64,000 bases of DNA from contig OZ024754.1 in NCBI GenBank assembly GCA_964016885.1, positions 42,594,001 through 42,658,000 of the forward strand, read 5' to 3'. Of the stretch, positions 1-14,351 are shown piece after piece (position 1 is the first letter of the stretch; the number at the start of each line of letters is the position of its first letter). This DNA comes from Eledone cirrhosa (taxonomy: Eukaryota). Under the pieces are notes generated by a model. It searched no databases and was not told the DNA's origin. It was given only the letters and a program-made list of their open reading frames with translations. Made by a program: the position numbers and the translations under genes.

Positions 1-570
1 GAGAATTCTGACCGGATATGGCTGATTTAAATGCTTTGTGGCATTTGTGTTGGTTGTATGAGTTCCAAAGCCCGAGTTGAAATCTCACCTCTTTTCACTG
101 ATAAAAGAGCAACATATATGCCAGAAATTACAACCAATAGATAGAATCAGAAATGGAAACAACAGTTGAAACAGTTTCCTTGATCTCATCTAGAAAATAA
201 ATTTCTTCTCTTTCTTTTAAGCTGCTAAAAATACATATTCTTTTATGTAGCATTGTACAAAACCTAATTCTGTAGCCAGATAGGAAGAAGAAGCTACCAA
301 GTACTTAATTCCAACAGAGAAAACTACAGCTTCTTTTTTTTTTTATTCTTTGTTGTTTTGTTAGTAACGCCTAAATACAGACAAAGCTAAATACAAACTA
401 CTGTGACATTTTCAACAACTATAATCATGTAATTATTTTTACATTTTTACAAATTTTTCAATGAGTTATAAATCATTTAAATCTCAAACAGCTGGTAACA
501 CCAGCAATTATATTTAAAGTAAATTTATTTTCGAAGAGTTAAAATCTAGACTATTTCTTTTTTTCTTTAA

Positions 571-755
571 CCCTTTAGCATTTACATTAGTCTATATATT
601 CTATTGTATTTTCGTGGTAAAGGATTTATCTCACATAATATCAAATCTATGAGATTTTGATATTTATTTTGAGAACAATACCTTAACATTAGTATGAGTG
701 GCCAGTTATGGTGAGAGAATTCTAGCCGGATACAACTGGTTTAAATGCTAAAGGG
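571..755. mobile_element. piggyBac-type MITE (other copies 12065-12447, 18119-18328, 27007-27233, 27892-28099, 31468-31678; partial ones near 1, 30533, 32620, 56410)
   Basis: TTAA|CCCTTTAGCATTT...AAATGCTAAAGGG|TTAA termini, about 190-230 bp, non-coding. Confidence 0.85.
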
Positions 756-1844
756 TTAAATATATAATTTATGCCTCTCTTTTCCTTTTAAGGAAATTTG
801 TAGTTAAAATAGTTACAACTAATAACCTTTACAAATTTGATTTTAATAGTGTTACCATTATTATTCCAGTTTTTTTTACTTAAATGGAACCAAATTATTA
901 ACCTGAACTTGTCTTTTTATCTGTCATTCTTCAGGCTCTGCTTTCACAGTTTTTTCCCCAAATTCTCAGTTTGTTCTCATTACATATCTACTTCCATCTA
1001 AGCTATTCTTTTGATAAACAACATCTGAGCCATCTAATTATTCTTACAGAACTTAGCTGTTAGTTCACAACCAGTTGGCCACTACTCATCTAACACCAAA
1101 GATATCATACAAAAACAACAACAAATGTTTTTAAAGGGCCATATTGCCTGTTAAAGTAGGGGTTAGCTTTGTAGACTTCATGACAAAGAACCTTTAAGTT
1201 ATATTCCAAACAATCCTGGTTCTATGATACAAAATTGTTTGTTTTAAAATGTTTATATTTATCTAAAAATCTTCCGACATATTTTATATAAGAACCTTTG
1301 TTAAGTTATGTTCCATACACCTGCTTAATAATGGTTTCTAATTTAAGCACAAAACCAGCAATTTGGGGGAAGGGGAAAGTTAATTTAAATCAACCCCAGT
1401 ATTTGACTGGTACTTGAATTTATCAACCTCAAAAGGATGAAAGGAAAAGTTGACCTTGGTGGGATCTGAACTCAGAACGTAGAGTCATAAGAAGGACTGC
1501 CAAACAATTGGACCAACACTCTACCAATCTACTGCCAAACAATTGGACCAACACTCTACCAATCCACTGCCAAACAATTGGACCAACACTCTACCAATCC
1601 ACTGCCAAACAATTGGACCAACACTCTACCAATCCACTGCCCTACACCAACTTAATAGTGAGAAAGTTAGCTATATTGCTAAATTCCTCAAAATGATTTG
1701 AAAATATTAGGCAGTGCCAATCATTAGAGATTTGGTAATGAAACAGTTAATATTTTTTTTGTTATTCAGCAAGAAAAACACATCAACTTATTGCTTGATA
1801 ATATTTTTGATATTGTTTATCTCAAGACAAAGAAATTAACTTAC

Positions 1845-1920
1845 CTTGATGGAATAAGCCAATTCAATTTGCTGGCGGATCCCAAGATACTCAGTAAGGC
1901 TACCAACAATGACTGCATAC
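1845..1920 (-). CDS. RMDN3: RMDN gene internal exon (YAVIVGSLTEYLGIRQQIELAYSIK); gene continues beyond the window start
   Basis: AG acceptor, AAG|GTAAGT donor, 76 nt, phase 2 to 0; matches the RMDN W-YA...G...I...IK segment. Confidence 0.93.
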
Positions 1921-2101
1921 CTTTAAAAATTAAACAAAAAACGAATAATATCTTTTATATTAAAGCTGTGGTATATTTTGTGTAAAACGCCTGTCGTGGA
2001 AAAAAGGGATTGAGAGAGAGAGAGAAAGAGGGAGAATAGAGAGAATTAGACTGAGTTAGTTAGGATGATTATGTTGTTTGTGTGTGTGTGTGTATATGTA
2101 A

Positions 2102-2142
<41 letters not shown>

Positions 2143-2379
2143 TCTTTGAGCAAGACACTTTATTTTACATTGCTCCAGTTTACTCAGCTGTAGAAATGAG
2201 ATGATAGGGACTGGGGTCCCTATCATTCCACTGTAAAGTGGTCGTGGAGGTGCCATGGCAAAAAAGCACCCAGCACTCACTGTAAATGAGGTTGGTGTTA
2301 GGAAGGGCATCCAGCTGTAGAGATCAAGCCAGAATCAAATGCCGTCCCACCCTTGCAAGCAGGGAAAAGTGGACGTAAA

Positions 2380-2411
<32 letters not shown>

Positions 2412-3181
2412 ATATATATAAAGACCTAAATCCGAAGAGGGCTCGATAATGAATATGTATATATATATATATATAAGTATATATAAACCTGTAGAGCAAA
2501 TATTTATTATTAATACAGATTAAAGTTTAAGCAATGAATTTCTGCTTTCACCCTATATGGGATCTTCTGAAACTTTCAAAAGATCCTGTAGCTGTACTAA
2601 TAATAAATATATATATACAGTATATATCGTCTAAAGCCATGCTAGTGTGGAAGATAGACGTTAAACGATGATTATGATGATGATATATAAATAAATATAT
2701 ATACTGTAAAGTGGACATGTAAAAGACACGGCAAAAAGCACCCAGCCCACACTGTAAATGTAGTTGGTGTTAGGAAGGGCAACTGGCCGTAGAAAACCAG
2801 ACAGGAACAGCCCTATATGAGTGAGACATGGTCACCCAGCCCAACTTGCCTCTCATTGGGACAAACCAATCTAACCCATGCTAGCGTGGAAGATGGATGT
2901 TAAATGATGATATATATATATAGTAATAATAATAAATGTGAAGACTAAAATCCAAAGAGGGCTCGATAAGGATAAATATATATCAAATATATAAGAACCG
3001 TAGAGCAAATATTTATTAAAATAACAGATTAAAGTTTAAGCAAAGAATTGTTGCTTTCACGTTAAGGGGGAAAGCAGCGATTCTTTGCTTAAATTTAATC
3101 TGTTATTTTAACACACACACACACTGTCTTCTATCAGCAGCCATGAACGTGAAATAGTTAACAAGAATATCTGGTGTTTAC

Positions 3182-3348
3182 CATTTGTGAGCACTGGACG
3201 AGTTTACATTCAATGCAATGGAGGCATTAGCTAAATCTCTGGCCACAAGTAGAAGACCTTTCTTTTCTTCACTTTGAGGTTTATGAGTTTCAGCCATTTG
3301 AAAAGTGGATTTGGAGAGGCGCCAATGGAAATCAATGTTGCCTTCATA
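3182..3348 (-). CDS. RMDN3: RMDN gene internal exon (YEGNIDFHWRLSKSTFQMAE...EEKKGLLLVARDLANASIALNVNSSSAHKW)
   Basis: ttttcag acceptor, TG|GTAAA donor, 167 nt, phase 0 to 2; WRL and AHKW motifs typical of RMD1/2/3 proteins. Confidence 0.93.
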
Positions 3349-4470
3349 CTGAAAAATAATAAGAATAGCAGAATTAGAACAAGAATTAGAATAGAATAGA
3401 TCAGCAGAATTAGAATAGAAATTAGAACAGAAAGGAAGAATTAGATAATATAGTAGAATCAGAATAGAATATTAGAATAGACAGGCAGAATTAGATTAGA
3501 ATTTCAGTTATCATCTTCAATGGAAATAGACCATCATCATCATCATAAGAACATTTTTATGTCCATTATTCCACACATGCAATAGTTGAACACCTCTCTC
3601 CAACCCATCATCTCTCCACTTGTCATCTGTTTTGTGAGGTTCAGTTTCCTAAGATCTTCCTTCACCACTTCTGCCAGTCTTCCTCAGCCAACCTCCACCA
3701 CATCTTTATATTTATAACTTCTGGCACTTCTTCACCCAACAATCATATTACACATAGTTTACACAATATCTACAGTAAATCTCTTCTCTCAAATAAAACA
3801 CCGTCTTTCTGAACTGAACTGTTGTCTGGCAATGCAGCCTTCATCTATTTAGCTTTCCAGGAACAACTGCTGTTATATACTTATATTCTTATAGCAGAAT
3901 AACTAAATATTTCCAGCTACAAACTGTATGAGCTTTAACAGAGCTACCTCCCTGCTAAAAATAACACAGCAACAATGTCTAGATAATGTTCCATGCAGTG
4001 AAGATTAGATAATGTTCCCTGCAGTGAGGACTAGATAGTGTTCTGTACATCTAGTGAGGATTAGATAATGTTCTGTGCAGTGAGGACGAGATAGTGTTCT
4101 GTACATCTAGTGAGGATTAGATAATGTTTTGTGCAGTGAGGATGAGATAGTGTTCTGTGTATCTAGTGAGGATTAGATAATGTTCTGTGCAGTGAGGATG
4201 AGATAGTGTTCTGTGTATCTAGTGAGGATTCTAAAAATCATTACTGTTTAAAATGAGATTTCTTAATCAGGTTTTTTGAGGTCAACTTCCAAAATTAAAA
4301 AAATCATTCAATATTGATTCGATGTTATTGATCTAGATAGCATGGAGAAGCAGACAAAGATGATGATAATGATAATAATGTTATTGATCTAAATTTAAAA
4401 GCAATATCACAACAAAACAAGGCAGGTCAGTAATTTTGAATGATTTTAAAATATTGGAATCAACAGAACC

Positions 4471-4503
<33 letters not shown>

Positions 4504-6864
4504 GTGCCTCTATGAATCTAGAGTTTAATATAGCCCCCTGTAGCCAGTCACTTCTGTACCAAACTACCTAAATTTGCTCCTAGTTTTATTATTGAATCTT
4601 AAACATTATCATGTTTTTAATTAAAGACACTAATCATAATTTTGGAGGGATTTAATAAACTTTCTCATTATCAAGCTGGTGTTTGGAATATAACTTAAAC
4701 AAGGTACTTATAGAAAATTATAACGGCAGGTTTTTTCAAATAAATATAGATAAATATATATATATATATATAGTAATAATAATAAATGTGAAGACTAAAA
4801 TCCAAAGAGGGCTCGATAAGGATAAATATATATCAAATATATAAGAACCCAACAGCAAATATTTATTAAAATAACATTCTGTTTTCCTTCGGTTGCAACG
4901 ATTTTTCGAAATATTTACTTCTGTGTTCACAGATTGATTTTTTTTTAGTTTCAGAAGATCCTGTTAAGGGTGAAAGCAGCAATTCTTTGCTTAAAGTTTA
5001 ATCTGTTATTTTAATAAATAAATAAATAAATATATATATATAAAACCAGGTAAAATAAGATAAACAAAAAACAAGATGAGTAACACATTAAGAGAAGGCA
5101 CAAAAGAAAACAGACAGCCGTTGAAGAGGTCACATGATGTGTGAGGAAAGAACATCGATGAACTAATGAATAACTAATAATACAGATAATATGGTGGTGT
5201 GTTTTGTTTTTATTGGCAACATGACCCTTCTCAAATATAACAATATCTTAGATACATAGAGTTTATGAAACCTTTGCTAGCAGGGAAAATGGACATTAAA
5301 TGATGATGATGATGAGTTCTGTATGATAGAACCAGGGGCAGTTTGGGATCAAAAGGGTTTATCTATAAACTCATTTACCTTATAATTGTTTACTTTGAAA
5401 GTGAGAAAATGTCAAAACATTTTAAAAAGATGTTTTGAAATCTTGAGACTGAGTTACGTCAATAATATCAGTATTGGGGCTGTTGCTATAGCAACATGTG
5501 ATGTGGTGACATGGCAGTGTCGTTATTTCTGTCTGGTTAGGGCTGTCTAGTTAAACCGGTGTGGTTATTAACAGCAACATAAGGTGTGATGTGGTGGCAT
5601 AGCTGTGTGGTTAGGGCTGTTGTTAATAGCAACATAAGGTGTGGTGTAGTGTAGTGTAGTGCCATGGCTGTGTGGTTAACAACAACATAGGAGTTCACTT
5701 TGCAACTATGTAGTTTCAAGTTCAGGCTTACTGTGTAGTACCTTCAGCAAGTATCCTACTATAGGCCAAGAGTGACTTATGCATTGTGAGTGAAATTTGG
5801 TAGAAAGAAACTGTGTGGAAGTCTGACATATATGTATGTGTGTTTTTCCATGTTTATATTCAACAAACAACGATTGATAAAATAAGTTCTAGAATTGCCA
5901 AAAAAACATGTACTCCCGTACATGGTTTTTTTTGGGGGGGGGGGGGGGGGGGGGGCAGTGCTCCAGCGTGGCCAGAGTTTAATGATTTAAAACCAGTAGA
6001 AGAGCAAGATAGTTTATAACGCAGTTCCAAAACAAAACACGACACCATTCCAAATTAATCCTACAACTACTTGCAAAAAAACAGGAAACAGTAAGAAGGT
6101 TAATTAACCTTTCAAAAGAGCCTCTTCCTTCGTTATTTGGCAGTGTTTGCCATTTTATTGGGGGAGATGATAACAATATAATTAAATTTTAGGCTGTGAC
6201 TGAAAAGAAAGCCTGAGAATATATGAGAAACTATTTCAGACAATGACAGCCAAGAATATTCCATTATTCCATTTGAGGGAGCAACTAAATGATTTTACCG
6301 TGAAGGAAGGTTCAATGGAATGACCGTTTCTTTGGTTAAGGAAGATTGACTTCTTTCTCTTCTTTATATATAATGATATAAATATATATATATATATATC
6401 ATGATATATATATATTTATGTTGGTACTACAAAACGTCCAGCCCACACTGTAAAGTGATCATGTAGGAGACACGGCAAAAAGCATCCAGTCCACAATGTA
6501 AAGTGGTCATGTAGGAGACACAGCAAAAAGCACCCAGTCCACAATGTAAAGTGGTCATGTAGGAGACACTGCAAAAAGCACCCAGTCCACAATGTAAAGT
6601 GGTCATGTAGGAGACACAGCAAAAAGCACCCAGCCCACACTGTAAATGTGGTTGGCATTAGGAAAGGCATCCAGTCATAGAAAACCAGTCAGAAACTCTC
6701 CTATACAAGCGAGACACAGTCACCTGACCCAACTTGCCTCTAACGGGACAAACCCGTCTAACCCATGCTAGTGTGGAAGATGGACGTTGAACGATGATGA
6801 TGATGACCTAAAATAAAAAAAACAATATGAAGAGGGAGGAAGGAAACTAAAAGAACTAACTTAC

Positions 6865-7057
6865 CTTTTCTTTGGTGTCTTGGAGTATTTGATGTGCTTT
6901 CTTTCGGTCGTTGACACTTCCTTCCATGAGGGTGTCAACTTTGAGGAAAAAGGTATCACCACCTTTACCACCGACAATATCGTAGAAGCCATCAATATGC
7001 TCGCGGTGGGCCGTCGGTGATTCTCCAACTTTAGGATTCTTTACATCAAACGTCCCG
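6865..7057 (-). CDS. RMDN3: RMDN gene internal exon (GTFDVKNPK...FFLKVDTLMEGSVNDRKKAHQILQDTKEK)
   Basis: tttccag acceptor, AAG|GTAAGT donor, 193 nt, phase 2 to 0; the sequence resembles the start of the RMD TPR-like domain. Confidence 0.9.
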
Positions 7058-7849
7058 CTGGAAATAAACAAGAAACCACCTATTACCTTCTTTCATTGAT
7101 TACATGTCATTTTTGCCTTTCATCCTTACGGGGGTCGGTAAAATAAAGTACCAGTAATACACTGGAATAATTGCTGGCCTTGTGCCAAAAGTAGAAACAA
7201 TTATTATTATTATTATTATTATTATTAGGGTGGTGGATTGGCACTGTCGGTAGAGCATCGAACAACATGCATGAGGCGTAGAGTTACGGCCCTTTACGTT
7301 CTGAGATCAAATCTCGCCAAGGTTAGCTTTGCCTTTCATCCTTACGGGGTCGATAAGATAAAGCACCAGTAATGTACTGGGGTTGATTTAATCAACTTTC
7401 ACCTCCACCAAAATTGTTGGGTCCTTGCCTATGGTGATCAGGTTGATCTCAGATTTGTGAGGTCCCTATATTATTTCTGGGTGCTGCTCCCTCTATTAGG
7501 GAATTCTATTACCTTGTTACCTTTTTTAGATTGCAAGGGTTCTTCATAGTATGTGTACAGTGCTATTCTATACCATGTTTTGAATTTCCTGAAATCATGG
7601 TTCACCAGGGATATTTCTATGGTCCTTATGATGAGTGGGACTTATTTTCGTTTTAAGGGGGTCACATCTCTGTAACCCTTATCTCTAGGTCGTATTTGTT
7701 TAGTTTTTCAATTGTTGGGTGTGGGGGGGGGGTGATGAACATGAGGAAAAAAAAACAATGGTGACAATAATATTGATAACAATAGCAATAATGTCAATAA
7801 CATCGAAAGCAACAAGAAAATATAACAAAGGACAAACAATAACAACAAT

Positions 7850-8395
7850 AACAACAGAGCAATATTGCTAACAATAACAACAACTGCCTCTGGTCAGAGC
7901 AATATTGCTAACAACAACAAGTCCTGGCCAGAGCAATACTGCCAACAACAACATCAATAACAACAGATTTTAGCCAGAGCAATATTGCCAACAACATAAA
8001 CAGACTTTGGTCGGAGCAATATTGCCAGCAACAACAACAACTCCTGGCCAAAGCAATATTGCCAGCAACAACAACAACAACTCCTGGCCAAAGCAATATT
8101 GCCAACAACAACAACAAGCCAAAGCAATATTGCCAGCAACAACAACAGCTCCTGGCTGGAGCAATATTGCCAGCAACAACAACTCCTGGCAGGAGCAATA
8201 TTGTCAACAACAACAACAGCTCCTGGCCGGAGCAATATTGCCAGCAACAACAACTGGTCAAAGCAATATTGACAACAACAACAACAACTCCTGGCCGGAG
8301 CAATATTGCCAGCAACAACAACAACTGGTCAGAGCAATATTGACAACAACAACAACAACAACTCCTGGCCGGAGCAATATTGACAACAACAATAA
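7850..8395. repeat. CAA-rich minisatellite (gcaatattgccagcaacaac...)
   Basis: Variable-length tandem units; explains the ORFs at 7908-8411. Confidence 0.9.
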
Positions 8396-8562
8396 TAAAT
8401 TAATGAGATAATGAAGAGGAAGACATTAAACCATTTAACAGTAAATCACTGCAACAGTCTCCATCTGTTGTATCTGTTTTTTTTATCTGTTTCTTGGTTT
8501 CATATAACAGAGTCAAAAGACTTGCTATATCTGTTTTTTTAACTGTTTCCTGGCCTCATACA

Positions 8563-8595
<33 letters not shown>

Positions 8596-8662
8596 AACAT
8601 ACACACAAGGTCAAAAGACTTGCTGTATCTGTTTTTTTATCTGTTTCTTGGCATCATATAAT

Positions 8663-8841
8663 TGTTTCTACTTTAGGCACAAGGCCAGCAATTACCCAGT
8701 GCATTACTGGTACTTTATTTTATCGACCCCGTAAGGATGAAAGGCAAAGTCAACCTCGGCGGGATTTGAACTCAGATCGTAAAGGGACGTAACTATGCTG
8801 GAAAGCATGGCGTCCGACTCTCTACCGATACTGCCAATCCA
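8663..8841 (-). mobile_element. Second-family SINE with a 13-bp target-site duplication
   Basis: Flanked by ggcatcatataat on both sides. Confidence 0.85.
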
Positions 8842-9224
8842 GGCATCATATAATACACAGTCAAAAGACTTGCAGTAAAATGGTTTGTTTTTGTTTGCTT
8901 TTTTTATATTTCATTGTTATTTTGTGGATAAAATAAATAAAAGGCGATTCCAGCTTGTCAAGAAGTCATGCTTTGTGGTCCTGACAAACAAAATGGTGAA
9001 TGCATTAGTTCAGAACTTCAGAGGCTGATGAAAGAAGATGAAGTGAAGAAGCAAACCGCCAGATTTTTCCACTGCTACATATTAAACAAAGAACCTACTA
9101 GAGAGCAACTAGTACTTTGTATGTCATCTTATTTCAGCATTTTAAACCTTATCTTTCTCCTGCAGCAGGTTAACTTTCCACAAAATACATTCTACTAAAA
9201 GTCAAATTTAAGTTGCCAATCTAA

Positions 9225-9520
9225 ATTTGCAGACTTAGCCAACCCACATCAACATGTAGCTAATGGAAATTTGCAGGCTTAGCCAACCCACATCAACATG
9301 TAGCTAATGGAAATTTGTAAACTTAGCCAACCCACATCAACATGCAGCTAAAGTAAATTTGAAGACTTAGCCAACCCACATCAACATGTAGCTAAAGTAA
9401 ATTTGAAGACTTAGCCAACTCACATCAACATGTAGCTAAAGTAAATTTGAAGACTTAGTCCACCCACATCAACATGTAGCTAAAGTAAATTTGAAGACTT
9501 AGTCCACCCACATCAACATT
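9225..9520. repeat. Minisatellite (gacttagccaacccacatcaacatgtagc...)
   Basis: About 7 tandem copies. Confidence 0.9.
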
Positions 9521-10780
9521 GAAAATAAATATGAACTGAAAGAGAAACATTATTTGCATAAAATTTACTTCATATGAAAAACAATACAAAGAAAAAAAAA
9601 CATTCAAATTTAAAATGTATGCACGTGTTCACGATCCTTAGTGTGTACATGCATCTGTACATGCATGTATACATGCATGTGTGTATGTGCATGTGTGGAC
9701 ATCGATGTGTACATATAATTATGTGAGCATGTGCATTGACAGGTGTATATTAGAATATAGATATGTGCATACATATGTATTTGTGTCTACTTAATTATAC
9801 AAGGAAGGGGTCACTGGGTTACAGGAAAATATTCAGCCTATAGTCAATGAACTGCGTTCTTCAATGTTAAAGTCCTGTACCAGCTGAAACAGCATTAACA
9901 AGACACTCTAGAAAAGCACGAAACAACACTATGTTTGTATCACATTAAAAGTCTTTACTTTAATACTGTAAATGTTCACAACAATCTTTCCACTCATAAA
10001 TATACTATAAACATTTGAATTAACAAACCTATTTTAAAATATTTTCAGCTGAATTATTACAGGATGTTAAGAGTTAATCTAACATGCACCAGTATACACT
10101 AGTGCAGTGTGCACCAGTACACACTGCACCAGTACACACTGTTGCAGTATGTGCTGTCACATACCAAGTCAGGCAGCAAGTTAGTTGAACCCCCACCAGT
10201 TCTGATGACAAATGTTCCAGTTGTTCAAACAAACTACTCATGAAATTAACATGTAAGTGGCTGAGTATTCCACACACATAGGTACACGCATAGTAATGTA
10301 ATTCTCAGTGAGATTCAGCCTGACACAGGTTATGACAAGGCTGGCTCTTTGAATTATAGGTACAACTACAGCTGAGACGACTGGAGTCACATGAAATAAA
10401 ATATCTTGCTCAAGGGAATCAAACTTATGACCTTTAGTGAGTCAAACTTACTAACCACTAAGCCACATGTCTTCACAATGAGCATGTAGGTTACCTTACA
10501 CTGTTCCCATTTAGACTGCAGGTAACACCGAAGATCCCAGGTATAAAAACAAACTACACTGTCAACTATTTCTCTCAGTTGTAATTATTATCCAAGCTAC
10601 CATATCAAACATTGCTCAACACTCCAGACAGATGATATTTTAAGAAACTGTTCACTTCAACTGCAGTTACTTACAAACTTTCATTACCAACGCCATCAAA
10701 GAAACAAAAGATTAACCTGTAAATAGCTAATTTCACCTTTAATTATAGCCAGGTTTTACTGTCAACTTCCTCAGATTGCT

Positions 10781-11440
10781 GACATAGAGAGACTAGATGA
10801 CATGGAGACAGGCTAGTTGACATGGAGAGAGGCTAGTTGACATGGAGAGAGGCTAGTTGACATGGAGAGAGGCTAGTTGACATGGAGAGAGGCTAGTTGA
10901 CATGGAGAGAGGCTAGTTGACATGGAGAGAGGTTAGTTGACATGGAGAGAGGTTAGTTGACATGGAGACAGACTAGATGACATGGAGACAGACTAGATGA
11001 CATGGAGACAGACTACATGACAGGGAGAGAGGCTAGATGACAGGGAGAGAGGCTAGATGACAGGGAGAGAGGCTAGATGACAGGGAGAGAGGATAGATGA
11101 CACGGAGAGAGGATAGATGACATGGAGAGAGGATAGATGACACGGAGAGAGGATAGATGACATGGAGAGAGGCTAGTTGACATGGAGAGAGGCTAGTTGA
11201 CACGGAGAGAGGCTAGTTGACAGGGAGAGAGGCTAGTTGACATGGAGAGAGGCTAGTTGACACGGAGAGAGGCTAGTTGACACGGAGAGAGGCTAGTTGA
11301 CACGGAGAGAGGCTAGTTGACAGGGAGACAGACTAGTTGACAGGGAGACAGACTAGATGACAGGGAGAGAGGCTAGATGACAGGGAAACACACTAGATGA
11401 CATGGACACACAAGATGACAGGGAGACACACAAGATGACT
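10781..11440. repeat. 20-bp minisatellite (catggagagaggctagttga)
   Basis: About 32 copies in exact 20-bp register. Confidence 0.95.
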
Positions 11441-11954
11441 ATCTTCGACAGCATTTAGCTATTTTAGTGGCTGTTCTAGAGATGAATTTTCTCATTTTCA
11501 TATTTGTTCAAATACACTCTCACTTCATCTCAGAGACAACATTGTTTTCATATCATTATAATCATCATCATTATTATTATTACAGAAATGCAGGGAAGTA
11601 CAAAACCCCCAAACAACCGTATATACACATTACATTATATTACATTTATATACTTGGTTTCATTGAATAAATAAATCCATGAGAAAAGGAAAGAGAGAAT
11701 ATGAGTTCTCAGTGGAAAAGACAAAAATTCATTAGTTAATGGTAAAAATATGCAATCCCTAGAATTATTGGTAAACAGGAAATGAAGAGAAAGAAGATTC
11801 TCCTTTTCCAATTATATCCATTGATTTAAATTGAAAAAAAAGTGATTAAAAAAGTGTTAGTTAGATGGAGTGACTGAAGCTTAAGAGACAACACATGTAC
11901 AACATCCAAGTGCAGAGATATCTTCTAGAGATTACAGATATCTCATAAAGTTAC

Positions 11955-12008
11955 CTTTTGTCTTTCCGCAGACGAGCTCGAGTCCGAGAGGCTGAATTAT
12001 TGGTTGCA
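11955..12008 (-). CDS. RMDN3: Probable 54-nt frame-preserving exon of the RMDN gene (ATNNSASRTRARLRKDK)
   Basis: Long pyrimidine tract plus CAG acceptor (minus strand cttctctattttctatttttctttttatttattgataatcag), AG|GTAAC donor, open in phase 2, CpG-rich patch in an AT-rich intron. Confidence 0.6.
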
Positions 12009-12499
12009 CTGATTATCAATAAATAAAAAGAAAAATAGAAAATAGAGAAGGAATTGCTGTTTAACCCTTTAGCATTCACATTATTTTATATTTAGTGGTG
12101 GTGGTTTGGCAGTATCAGTATAGAGTTCAAATCCCACCAAGGTTAACTTTGCCTTTCATCCGTACGGGGGTCGATAAAATAAACTACCAGTAATACACTG
12201 GGATAATTGCTGGCCTTGTGCCAAAAGTAGAAACAATTATTCTATATTTAGTGTTGTACTTTAACTATAAAGGCTTTATCACACGTAATTATCTCATATA
12301 ATATTAAATCTAAGAGATTTTGATGATGATGTAATTTATTTTAAGAACAATACCATAACATTAGTATGAGTGGCCGGTTACAACCAGTTTGAACAGAAAG
12401 AGGTGAGAGAATTCAGGCTGGATACAGCCAGTTTAAATGCTAAAGGGTTAAACTTATACTTGGCTTTCTTATACTTGGCAAATGATATTCATTAAATGG

Positions 12500-13220
12500 A
12501 AATTTACAGCTCACACCTATGTAGGTCTAGCTAGCCTCCTACATGGTTGGCAAAAAAGGAAGATTTACAATACATATCTCTGAAGGTCTGGGTGACCTCC
12601 TACATGGTTGGGAGAAAAATGAAATTTACAGCTCACAGTTATGAAGGTCTAGCTGGCCTCCTACATGGTTGGGAGAAAGATGAAATTTACAGCTCACAGT
12701 TATGTAGGTCTAGCTGGCCTCCTACATGGTTGGGAGAAAGATGAAATTTACAGCTCATAGTTATGTAGGTCTAGCTGGCCTCCTACATGGTTGGGAGAAA
12801 GATGAAATTTACAGCTCACAGTTATGTAGGTCTAGCTGGCCTCCTACATGGTTGGGAGAAAAATGAAATTTACAGCTCATAGTTATGTAGGTCTAGCTGG
12901 CCTCCTACATGGTTGGGAGAAAGATGAAATTTACAGCTCACAGTTATGTAGGTCTAGCTGGCCTCCTACATGGTTGGGAGAAAGATGAAATTTACAGCTC
13001 ACAGTTATGTAGGTCTAGCTGACCTCCTACATGGTTGGGAGAAAGATGAAATTTACAGCTCAGTTATGTAGGTCTAGCTGGCCTCCTACATGGTTGGGAG
13101 AAAGATGAAATTTACAGCTCACAGTTATGTAGGTCTAGCTGGCCTCCTACATGGTTGGGAGAAAGATGAAATTTACAGCTCATAGTTATGTAGGTTAAGT
13201 TAGCTTTCTACATGGTTGCA
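12500..13220. repeat. 59-bp minisatellite
   Basis: Unit gaaatttacagctcacagttatgtaggtctagctggcctcctacatggttgggagaaag..., about 12 copies. Confidence 0.95.
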
Positions 13221-14351
13221 TCTCATAGACAGCTTCTTGGGTGTTTTAATGGTAGTTAGCCCCCCCCCCCAGTCCTCTCATGAAAAGCAATATGAAATGA
13301 AACACCTTGCTCAAGAACACAACATGCCAGCCAGTCCAGGAATCAAACCCATCACCTTATGATCCTAGGACCAACACTCTAACCACTGAGCTACACATCT
13401 TCATGATATTCATTAACAGAATAAGGGGAATATATTCATGATGTTACTCTGATAAATTCATGGAAGTACATGAATAATAATAATAATAATAATAATTTCA
13501 TTTATTGGCCACAGGGCCAACATGTAGGGGACAATACAAAGACAGGGGCAGTGGGGGGGGGGGGGGGGGGGGTTTACAATAAACTCGAGTAAAAGTGCAC
13601 AATAGTAATAATAATAATGACAGGGAACAATATCTGAAGACAGAAGAATAGAAACATTGAAGGAAGGAAACATAGGTAAGGGGTAATATTTATTTTATCA
13701 AACAACCTGGAATATTTATCATTGAAACCAACGGAGATCTAACATATTATAGATCTCAGTATTAAGACTTAACACTAACATTAACCCTAACACTAACATT
13801 AAACTTAACACTAACCTTAACATTAACCTTAACACTAACCCTAATACTAACCCTAACCTTAACACTAACATTAACACTAACATTAACACTAACACTAACC
13901 TTAACACTAACCTTAACACTAACACTAACCTTAACACTGACATTAACCTTAACACTAACACCAACACCAACATTAACACTAACACTAACCTTAACACTGA
14001 CATTAACCTTAACACTAACACTAACCTTAACCATAACACTAACCCTAACACATCATCAAAACCAACTTTGCCTTTCATCCTTACAGGGATTGATAAAATA
14101 AAGTACCAGTAATTTACTGTGAACGATTTAATCGACTTTCCCCGCCCCACAAAATTGTTGACCTTGTGCCTAAATCAGAAAACATTATTAGATAAACCAT
14201 CTAAATACAAATGAAGGTTAAATCATATACAATTAGATTTGCATTATTCAAGTGGTTAAACTTTACACTGCATTATCTTAATTATGATCCAGATATTACT
14301 ATCTCTTAAGAGGTTTTAATAAAGAGTTGCACTCTTACACAAGAGCAAATA

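Noticed and set aside
5933-5955. Poly-G run as a functional G-quadruplex (also 13552 and 55126)
   Set aside because: Homopolymers are common here and error-prone in assembly; no supporting context.
7908-8411. Gln/Asn/Cys-rich ORFs
   Set aside because: CAA-based minisatellite open in most frames.
13768-14050. Interstitial telomere-like tract
   Set aside because: Mostly ACACTA/ACCTTA/ACATTA hexamers with only occasional CCCTAA; a degenerate microsatellite.
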